Assembly: GCA_024279075.1 (NCBI GenBank)
Contig: JAJRRX010000126.1
Coordinates: 1-30,919 of the forward strand
From: Alphaproteobacteria bacterium
GTDB lineage: Bacteria > Pseudomonadota > Alphaproteobacteria > Rhodobacterales > Rhodobacteraceae
Length of the DNA: 30,919 bases
Reading direction: 5' to 3'
The position numbers and the translations under genes are program-made. The notes below the pieces were generated by a model. That model ran no database searches. It was not told the DNA's origin and saw only the letters and a list, made by a program, of their open reading frames with translations. Positions 18,488 to 25,150 of the stretch are shown here, piece by piece. Position 1 is the stretch's first letter, and every line of letters begins with the position of its first letter.

Positions 18488-19267
18488 CTAAGCCGCGTCT
18501 TGCTGCGCAGCAATCCGCCGCACCGCCGCCGCCCAGTTTTTCAGGGCATTGTGAAAGCCAGCTGGGCCAGCGGCGATCAAGCCATAAATCTTGACCGTGT
18601 GGATAGGGGCATCGCCGTCAAATTCAGCCCCATTGATCTGCACAAGCTTGGCTTGCAGGGCCGAAATATCGGTGGGCATGTCGCCCAGCTCACCGGCCAG
18701 CAAAATCGCGGCATTCATGTCCTTTTCGTTGATCGCCTGCGGCTTTTTGAGGGCGCGCTCTTTGGCTTTGGCGCGTTTTTTCTTCTCGGCTTCGCGCTTT
18801 TTCGCGCCCGCATCGGCCTCTTTGGCCTTGGCTTCCTCTGCGGCCAGCCGCGCCTTTTCAGCCTTGATCGCCTCAGCATTGTCCTCGGCATCAGCAATGA
18901 TCTTGGCCGCTTTGGCCTCGGCCTGTTCAATAATCACATCAGCATCATTCTGCGCATCTGCAATCTCATCATCCGTCAACTCGGCCTTTTTGTCGGCTTC
19001 AGAGGTTATATCAGCCGCCTGCGCCTTGGCATCCTCAATGATCTTGGTGGCTTCCTTCGCGCCAATGGTTGCGATCTCCTGCACCTTGTTGGTGCCATCC
19101 TCCACAATTTTAGCCGCCTTGGCCTCGGCCTCGGCAATCAGCCCACTGGCACGGGCTTCTGCATCAGCCACAATATCGGTGACCTTGGCATCATCTGTCA
19201 GAGCTTCAGGCGCACCCTTCACTTCATCAGCGGACAGGGTATCACCTGCAATTTTGGTCTTGCTCAT
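18488..19267 (-). CDS. Hendecad coiled-coil protein, function unknown (259 aa)
   Basis: 11-residue repeats (IVADAEARASG, LIAEAEAKAAK, IIEDAKAQAAD, IIEQAEAKAAK...), a Lys-rich linker and a globular C-terminus. Confidence 0.8.
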   Translation of the reverse strand: MSKTKIAGDTLSADEVKGAPEALTDDAKVTDIVADAEARASGLIAEAEAKAAKIVEDGTNKVQEIATIGAKEATKIIEDAKAQAADITSEADKKAELTDDEIADAQNDADVIIEQAEAKAAKIIADAEDNAEAIKAEKARLAAEEAKAKEADAGAKKREAEKKKRAKAKERALKKPQAINEKDMNAAILLAGELGDMPTDISALQAKLVQINGAEFDGDAPIHTVKIYGLIAAGPAGFHNALKNWAAAVRRIAAQQDAA

Positions 19268-19270
19268 AAT

Positions 19271-21019
19271 CTAATCTCCATAGGGGTTGGTTACGTCATA
19301 TCCGGTCTCGATCCCGCCACCGTTCATCGGCGGGCCTCCGTTATGGCCGAGTTTTTCAGGCACATCATTGCGCCCAAAACTGTTGGGGCTGGAGCCGTCA
19401 GGCTTCGCCTTTGAAAGCAGCAGGTATTGCAGCCCGTCCATCACATTGGCCTCGACCTTGCTCTTGTCAGGCACCTTGCGCTTGTCGCCGCTGTTGTTAA
19501 TCTCTTCGGCCCACACATAGCGCGCCTCAAAGCCTGCGATCAGGTATTTGCAGCTCGGGTCAATCAATATCCCGGGCTTGCCATTGCGGATAAATTCGAG
19601 CTGGGCGCGCACCGCTTCCAGCCGCGGGTTAATCCGGTTGGTGCCCATGCGCTGCGGCTTCACCCGAAAGCCCGCCGCCTTGCCCACCATCAGGTTCCAT
19701 GTGGCGTTTTCATCCGCCGCTTGGCTGGCGCCGTGTTCGCCCGCCATGTCGCCCCAGGCACCACCCACGCGCATGCCAGGAAAGCGCTTGCGCAGTATAT
19801 CCTTCAGCTCTTGGCCAAATTTCACCGCCATAAGTCGCTTTTTGGGGAACATCAGCTCGGCCAAAATCACCCAATGACCAGGCTCATGGTATTGCGCCAC
19901 CACGGCCGCACCCTTGAAGCCTTGGTCAAGGCCAATATAGAGCGGCTTGCCGGCATCGGGCTGCAATTTGGTCGGGGATACATGGATTTGGCGGCTGAAT
20001 TCATCCTCAAAAACAGGGTCACCCACCTTCAGGTAAACCGTTTGGTTATAAACCAGCCGCTTCACTAGGTCGCCCCGCCCTGCCAGCTTCATGGTGGCGA
20101 TCTGGGTCGGATAATAGCTGGCGGGCAGGTTTTGCAGGTTTTCGCACCTGTCCTCGCCATAGCCAGCCTGTTTGTGGAAGCCGATCTCTATCGGGTGGAA
20201 ATCGGTGCCGGCCTTTTCCGCCTCGGCTTGCAGCGCCCCGTTCAGCGTGGCAATCACCTCTTTGCGCTTTTCCTCGTCATAGAAAAAATCAAAGGACCAG
20301 TTATCCTCATCCGGTGCGTTGAAATCCCCCACCAGCTGGCCATAGTCGCGATATTTTGCAGGGTAACCCTTAAAATGCGCCTGATCGGGAAAGCGCTTGA
20401 TGCGGGTAATGCCGTTCACCAGCACATCGAGCGGGTTGGTGTCCATCTCATGCAGCCAAATGTCGGTGGTCTGAATGCCCCGCATCGCCGCCACCACATC
20501 ATCGCCAAAAGCCATGAACTCCACGGTGAACTCGATCCGCCCGTGTTCATCCTCAAACCACATCACAAAGTTAACCGGCCCGCCGCGCCCGCCAGACCAC
20601 TCTCCAAGGTCTTTCGGGAATACCTTTAGAAAATCCGGAATGGTGGTAGACCAAAGCTGGCGATAGGTGGCGCGGGTCACCATCAGCTTGTAGCGCCGCA
20701 CCCCGTCAATCACCGACATGGGCATCATCACCGCGCGCCGCAGGCGGGATTTGAGCAAGGTGGTGGTCTTGCCCGAGCCAACAGGCCCGTTGATCCCCAC
20801 CACGGCGCTATCATCCCAATACATTTTCTCCGCCACCCGACCGGGGAAATCCAGCGCCTCGATATCGGGCTTGTCAGTGGCCAGCTCGCCGGTTATCGTC
20901 GCCAAGCCGTCCTCGATCGACAGGGTGTGAAAATCAGCATCGCTCATTCCCCCTGACCCCGTGGCCGGATTTTCCTGCAACCCCGTGCCCCCGTCCAAAT
21001 TGTCCATCGTCGCGGTCAT
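19271..21019 (-). CDS. terL: Terminase large subunit (582 aa)
   Basis: Walker A GPVGSGKT, Walker-B-like IWLHE, RNase-H-like YIGLDQG and C-terminal MDGLQYL. Start at ATG 21019 (SD GAGGT); ATG 20947 is an alternative. Confidence 0.92.
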   Translation of the reverse strand: MTATMDNLDGGTGLQENPATGSGGMSDADFHTLSIEDGLATITGELATDKPDIEALDFPGRVAEKMYWDDSAVVGINGPVGSGKTTTLLKSRLRRAVMMPMSVIDGVRRYKLMVTRATYRQLWSTTIPDFLKVFPKDLGEWSGGRGGPVNFVMWFEDEHGRIEFTVEFMAFGDDVVAAMRGIQTTDIWLHEMDTNPLDVLVNGITRIKRFPDQAHFKGYPAKYRDYGQLVGDFNAPDEDNWSFDFFYDEEKRKEVIATLNGALQAEAEKAGTDFHPIEIGFHKQAGYGEDRCENLQNLPASYYPTQIATMKLAGRGDLVKRLVYNQTVYLKVGDPVFEDEFSRQIHVSPTKLQPDAGKPLYIGLDQGFKGAAVVAQYHEPGHWVILAELMFPKKRLMAVKFGQELKDILRKRFPGMRVGGAWGDMAGEHGASQAADENATWNLMVGKAAGFRVKPQRMGTNRINPRLEAVRAQLEFIRNGKPGILIDPSCKYLIAGFEARYVWAEEINNSGDKRKVPDKSKVEANVMDGLQYLLLSKAKPDGSSPNSFGRNDVPEKLGHNGGPPMNGGGIETGYDVTNPYGD

Positions 21020-21225
21020 GTTTTTGCCACCTCGATTTGAAAATGCCCCTTGGCCTCTGTGCGAGGGGCAGAGGGGGCGAGCGCGGGGGGCACCCCCCCC
21101 GTTTTTGAAATCCGGCCGCTGCTGGCCAAAAAGCAAGGGGGGGTGGGGGCAATCGTCCGAGCGCAACTATTTTCTAAACAGTAGGTTTGCAGGTGATTGT
21201 TGTTTGTTTTCAATAGGTTGCTCAT
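21016..21225 (-). CDS. 69-codon ORF bridging terS and terL; product not protein-like
   Basis: ATGA overlap with the terS stop and ATGA overlap with the terL start. Confidence 0.35.
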   Translation of the reverse strand: MSNLLKTNNNHLQTYCLENSCARTIAPTPPCFLASSGRISKTGGVPPALAPSAPRTEAKGHFQIEVAKT

Positions 21226-21857
21226 ATCGTCCGACCATCCTTTAAATTGTCGCCGCTTTCAATTTCGCTAACCGCTTGATTTTGTACAATTTCTTTTGGC
21301 ATAGGTGGCGGTGACATCGCCCGCCCTTTGCGGCCCTCAATCACGGTTGGCGCGGGGCCATCGCTGCCGCCTGGCATCACAATCTGGGTGATCTGCGAGG
21401 TGTTCACGTTCACATCAGGCGTGACCTTACCCAGCCCGAAGGGCAGCACGGCCTCGGCCCGCCTGCCCATATCCTTGTAAAGATCAGTAAACACTGCCAG
21501 CCGCTGGCCCACCGAAGCCTGAAAGTCGCCAGGATGCTGCCCGCCAGCCCATGCCAACACCTCTTCGGCGCGCTGCATGGCCAAAATGTGAGGCGGCAAG
21601 CGGCTGTCCAGCCCTGCCATCAGGGCCAGCACGTCCTCGGGCTGTCGGAACCCCTTGGCGGCCAGCATGGCCTTGAGCTGGGAGCTGCTCTTGTTTTTCG
21701 CCCCCTTCGGACGGCCAGCACCGCGCTTTTCCGGCACCAGCTCGCCGCCCTCGCCATCATCAGACGGCAGAAACGTCAGCTGCTCGCCCAGCTCCCGCGC
21801 CTGATCCAGCCGCTTGGCAATCGCCTCTGCCTCAATCTCTGCCTTGGCCCTTTTCAT
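21222..21857 (-). CDS. terS: Terminase small subunit (211 aa)
   Basis: KRGAGRPKGAKNK motif, size and position upstream of terL. Confidence 0.7.
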   Translation of the reverse strand: MKRAKAEIEAEAIAKRLDQARELGEQLTFLPSDDGEGGELVPEKRGAGRPKGAKNKSSSQLKAMLAAKGFRQPEDVLALMAGLDSRLPPHILAMQRAEEVLAWAGGQHPGDFQASVGQRLAVFTDLYKDMGRRAEAVLPFGLGKVTPDVNVNTSQITQIVMPGGSDGPAPTVIEGRKGRAMSPPPMPKEIVQNQAVSEIESGDNLKDGRTI

Positions 21858-22372
21858 CCAATAAATCCCCGATAAACAAACGGTTTTTTCATCATATTGA
21901 ATGAAAACAATGACTTACCACTATTTAGGCAAGCGAGCTTAACAGGCTTGCACCACCTAGCGGTTGCGAGGTGCAACGGTGCAACAAAAGCGTTGCACCG
22001 GCGTTGCAGTAAAACTTTTAATGAAATCAGAGCCTTATAATACTTATGCAACGGTGCAACGGTGCAACGGTATATATGCGTCGTGTGCGCGCGTGTGTGT
22101 GTGTGTGTGCGCGCATACGCGAGGCTTTTGCGCGCAAAACCGTTGCACCGTTGCACTTGCTGGCTAAAGCCCTGATTTTGTTTGTTTTTTTGCTGCAACA
22201 TTGCTGCAACATTGGTGCAACAAAATCGAAAATGTTGCACCCTGCAACCGTGGGTATAAGGAAACCGACGCGCACGGGCTGCAAAGCCTACGTTACGCGT
22301 TTGGGCGCATCCGGTCAAGGGTGCGGGGTGAAGAAAACGGCGGCGCGGGGTCTGGGGCGCGGGATGGGGCAT
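21854..22372 (-). CDS. 172-codon ORF spanning the putative origin; product not protein-like
   Basis: SD AAGGA 7 nt before ATG 22372. Stop overlaps the terS ATG (ATGA). Confidence 0.3.
   Translation of the reverse strand: MPHPAPQTPRRRFLHPAPLTGCAQTRNVGFAARARRFPYTHGCRVQHFRFCCTNVAAMLQQKNKQNQGFSQQVQRCNGFARKSLAYARTHTHTRAHTTHIYRCTVAPLHKYYKALISLKVLLQRRCNAFVAPLHLATARWCKPVKLACLNSGKSLFSFNMMKKPFVYRGFIG
21963..22248. repeat. Iteron-like TGCAAC/GTTGCA array, putative replication origin
   Basis: 9 TGCAAC (21972, 21980, 22047, 22055, 22063, 22194, 22205, 22216, 22243) and 5 GTTGCA (21992, 22003, 22142, 22150, 22234) in 8- and 11-bp periods, immediately downstream of the helicase gene. Confidence 0.75.
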
Positions 22373-22383
22373 AACGCAGTCCT

Positions 22384-24222
22384 TTACTCGAAATCTTGGA
22401 TGTCGGCGGGCTGTGGGGGCTTAGGCGGGGCCTCTGGCGGCTCTGCCGCCTCCGGCGAGCCTTCTTCGCCAAAAAGCCCAGGGATCGAAGCCAGCGGGAA
22501 CTTCCAGCACCGGCTCTTCACCATGTTGAAGCTAAGCGCACTCGTCGCGGTTGCGCTCGGAATGCGCCGCGTGGCTTGTGACCACACACCATTGCTGGCG
22601 CTTGATGAATACCAGCGGGTGTCTTTGAACAGGCGCGCGAGGCCGTCATGGCTGTTGGCAATGGCGAGCTGTGCGCCCTCCTTGCGGCCATAGACGCGAA
22701 TGCCGATTGAGCTTAAAGCGTGGGTTGCTTTGGCCATATCCTCGCCATCATCCAGCCCTGCGGCCACCAGTATCCAGCGGCCCACGGTGAGCTTTTCACC
22801 GCCGCGAAATACATCGAGCTGCTGGCCGAAAAGATAGTTGAGGCAGCGCTGCCAGTCGCTACTCTGCTGAGCCTGGTCTTGCACCACGCGGGCCGATAGC
22901 TTCTCGCTCCAGTTGTTAAGGCGGGCCTCGTCCGGCTCGCTGTCAAATAGCACTAAATCGGCCATGGTCAGCAGGGTGCCGAACTGGTCGCAGCCACGGT
23001 GGCTGTGGCCGGCCGCGGCCAGCGCGCCGCGATAGGCGTTGAGCGTGTCGTGCATCCGGTCCCAATTTGCCAGCACCATGCTGCGCAAAGCTTGGCCCAC
23101 TCTGCCCCATTTTTTGGGGTCCGGCTTGGGGGCCTTGGAGCCTTTTTTAAGGGTGAGCAGGTCCAGCACCGCGATGCGGCTTATGTCCTGGTCAAGCATA
23201 TCAGGAACAAGGATCGAGGAAAACAGGTAGCTGTTTTTTACCAGAAACTCGCTGGCCTTGTGGTCCTGCCCGCCACGAATAACCTTGCCGCCTGAGCTGG
23301 CGAGGCGGGCGAGCTTGACCACGTCTTTCACCCGGCGGCTGTCGGCCTCGGCCTCCAGCTCGTCAATCGCCACGGGGATGGTGCTTTGGCCGGTATATTG
23401 CCGGATCGCCGCCTCGGTCGCCCCTGCGGGCTGTAGCAGGCTGTTTTTGCCAAAAATATCGCCGATGATCTCTTGCAGGGTCGATTTGCCGGTGCCCGCG
23501 TCGCCGGTGAGCCACACCATGGGCCGCCAGCGCAGGGCACCGCCAAACAGGGCCGAGCATATCCAGCCAAGCAGCAAATAAGCGTCCACGTCGCCCCGGA
23601 GCCAGTGCCAGCTCTTTAAGGTGGCGAGCAGCTCGGCGGCGGGGGATTGGTCATCGGCGCTTATGAATTCGGTAAGGGGGCGCGGGGTGCGGATATCTGA
23701 CGGGTAAACATAGCCGTCAATCTCGCCTGGTTCTTTCCAGTTGCCCTTGTAAAGCACCGCGCCGCCGCAATGCAGAATGATGCCGCCCTCGCCATCAGGC
23801 CATGCGCCAAGCCCGCGCACGCGCTCGGTGGCGTTCCACACGCCCTTATCGGTGCAGGCGCGCACCATGGCCTCGGCGGCGGCCGCCTGATCAAAGCCGA
23901 TCACCTGCGGCGGCGAGGTTTCGCTGCCCTTTGACCAGCGCGGGAATTCGCCTTTCAGCAGGTCCACCCGCCCGCCAAATATGCCGCGAATGCGATCAAG
24001 GTCATGCTTTTTAACATCGGCAAGCTGGCCCAGATAATCGAGATAATAATAAACAGGCCCCTGCACGCCAAGCGCGGTGACCGGAGAATTCGGAAAGATC
24101 ATCCCGCGCGTCTCCAGCGGCCCCTCGGCCGCCTCGTGCTCGCTGGCTTTGGGCGGGTCCAGCTCGCCGCGCAGCAGCTCAAGGCTGGGCTTTTTCGGGT
24201 CTGTTGTGGCGGGCTTGGTCAT
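22384..24222 (-). CDS. Replicative helicase / P-loop NTPase (SF3-like, 612 aa)
   Basis: Walker A GDAGTGKST, Walker B PVAIDE. Located after the Toprim primase. Confidence 0.85.
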   Translation of the reverse strand: MTKPATTDPKKPSLELLRGELDPPKASEHEAAEGPLETRGMIFPNSPVTALGVQGPVYYYLDYLGQLADVKKHDLDRIRGIFGGRVDLLKGEFPRWSKGSETSPPQVIGFDQAAAAEAMVRACTDKGVWNATERVRGLGAWPDGEGGIILHCGGAVLYKGNWKEPGEIDGYVYPSDIRTPRPLTEFISADDQSPAAELLATLKSWHWLRGDVDAYLLLGWICSALFGGALRWRPMVWLTGDAGTGKSTLQEIIGDIFGKNSLLQPAGATEAAIRQYTGQSTIPVAIDELEAEADSRRVKDVVKLARLASSGGKVIRGGQDHKASEFLVKNSYLFSSILVPDMLDQDISRIAVLDLLTLKKGSKAPKPDPKKWGRVGQALRSMVLANWDRMHDTLNAYRGALAAAGHSHRGCDQFGTLLTMADLVLFDSEPDEARLNNWSEKLSARVVQDQAQQSSDWQRCLNYLFGQQLDVFRGGEKLTVGRWILVAAGLDDGEDMAKATHALSSIGIRVYGRKEGAQLAIANSHDGLARLFKDTRWYSSSASNGVWSQATRRIPSATATSALSFNMVKSRCWKFPLASIPGLFGEEGSPEAAEPPEAPPKPPQPADIQDFE

Positions 24223-24965
24223 AGGGCAAAACTTTTCTTTTGATCAGGGGTTGACAACAGCGCCAATGGCGCTAAATTGTAAGATGTCACAAGGGCAATG
24301 AAGCCCGCCAAATAGGAGATGACATTATGAAAAATGAAGCCAAAATTTACAAAAATATGCGCGAAATAGCAGCGGATTTGGAACCCAATCAAATCAAGCT
24401 GGTCATCATGAAAAACTACAATGACTTCGAGGTTCCTACGGAGGCCATCAGCGCTTTGCTGGATGTCCTCGAAGCTAAAATCGGCAGCGCCGAATTTGTC
24501 GGCTTTTGCAACATCCTCAACCAATAAGGAGCCGAAAAAATGACAAATTTTGAGAAAGCCGTTCGCGAAGGTTACAAGATTGAAAAATACGGGGATAATA
24601 GCCAGTGGTTCGTCGTTGACAATTTCGGCACTTGCTGGGGCTATTATTTCACCGAGCGTAAGGCTATTAACGCCATGAGCCGAATTGGCAAGGGCTACAA
24701 CTAAAACAACTGGCCCGCTTCGGTGGGCCATGAAAAACAGGGAGACACCATGACCCCCGAAGAATTCAAAGCCGCCCGCAAATCCTTGGGCCTTACGCAA
24801 GCCCAGCTCGGCCACGTGCTGGATACCGCGCCGCAAACCATCCGCAAATGGGAAATGCCGGCGGGTCGCAGCACAGCGCGCGGGGTTAACCCCGTAGCGG
24901 CCCGCGCCATGGGCTGGATGCTGGCAGGCTTCCGCCCACCCGAATTTCCGAAGGATCAGCGCCAA
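24219..24965 (-). CDS. 248-codon ORF antisense to the three-gene cassette, coupled to the helicase start
   Basis: GGGGAGG SD then in-frame TTG at 24965, 2 nt after the upstream stop. Ends with a TGA overlapping the helicase ATG. Composition is shadow-like. Confidence 0.3.
   Translation of the reverse strand: MALILRKFGWAEACQHPAHGAGRYGVNPARCAATRRHFPFADGLRRGIQHVAELGLRKAQGFAGGFEFFGGHGVSLFFMAHRSGPVVLVVALANSAHGVNSLTLGEIIAPASAEIVNDEPLAIIPVFFNLVTFANGFLKICHFFGSLLVEDVAKADKFGAADFSFEDIQQSADGLRRNLEVIVVFHDDQLDLIGFQIRCYFAHIFVNFGFIFHNVISYLAGFIALVTSYNLAPLALLSTPDQKKSFAL
24251..24278 (+). promoter_or_regulatory. Sigma70-type promoter with a 15-bp palindromic operator
   Basis: TTGACA (24251)-N16-TAAATT (24273). 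AGCGCCA-A-TGGCGCT at 24259-24273. Confidence 0.75.
24327..24527 (+). CDS. Hypothetical protein (66 aa), cassette gene 1
   Basis: SD AGGAG, AT-rich (33% GC in 24301-24360). Confidence 0.8.
   Translation: MKNEAKIYKNMREIAADLEPNQIKLVIMKNYNDFEVPTEAISALLDVLEAKIGSAEFVGFCNILNQ
24540..24704 (+). CDS. Hypothetical protein (54 aa), cassette gene 2
   Basis: Below the ORF-track cutoff. SD AAGGAG. MTNFEKAVREGYKIEKYGDNSQWFVVDNFGTCWGYYFTERKAINAMSRIGKGYN. Confidence 0.75.
   Translation: MTNFEKAVREGYKIEKYGDNSQWFVVDNFGTCWGYYFTERKAINAMSRIGKGYN
24711..24730 (+). other. C(UUCG)G tetraloop hairpin between cassette genes 2 and 3
   Basis: TGGCCCGC-TTCG-GTGGGCCA 8-bp stem with one G-U pair. Confidence 0.65.
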
Positions 24966-24971
24966 GCCTAA
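24750..24971 (+). CDS. XRE-family helix-turn-helix protein (73 aa), cassette gene 3
   Basis: MTPEEFKAARKSLGLTQAQLGHVL....QTIRKWE is a classic HTH. SD GGGAG. Confidence 0.88.
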   Translation: MTPEEFKAARKSLGLTQAQLGHVLDTAPQTIRKWEMPAGRSTARGVNPVAARAMGWMLAGFRPPEFPKDQRQA

Positions 24972-25150
24972 ACCCTCCCCATAGCCGCGCGGCGGCGGCG
25001 TTGGCGGGTCATTTTGTCGGCGCTCGGGGTGTTTTCCCAGATCTTGCGGTGCGCCTCCAGCCGCGCCGCTGCCCGCTTGTTGGCGGGGGTAGGCTTTTTT
25101 TGGCCGTAATGTGGCTTGAAGAGTTGCTTCAAAAGATCGTAAAAATTCAT
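24968..25150 (-). CDS. Small basic hypothetical protein (60 aa)
   Basis: MNFYDLLKQLF...RQRRRRAAMGRV. ATGA overlap with the primase stop. Confidence 0.65.
   Translation of the reverse strand: MNFYDLLKQLFKPHYGQKKPTPANKRAAARLEAHRKIWENTPSADKMTRQRRRRAAMGRV

Noticed and set aside
18080-19414. Long + strand ORFs (also 3389-4456, 5086-6189, 8676-9503, 14778-15806, 16104-17000, 25399-26253)
   Set aside because: These are shadow frames opposite well-supported GC-rich genes, with no motifs, SD or coupling to neighbours.
21963-22248. TGCAAC/GTTGCA repeats as a CRISPR array
   Set aside because: Units are 6-11 bp in both orientations with no 23-47-bp repeats or unique spacers, and there are no cas genes. 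An iteron-type origin fits better.
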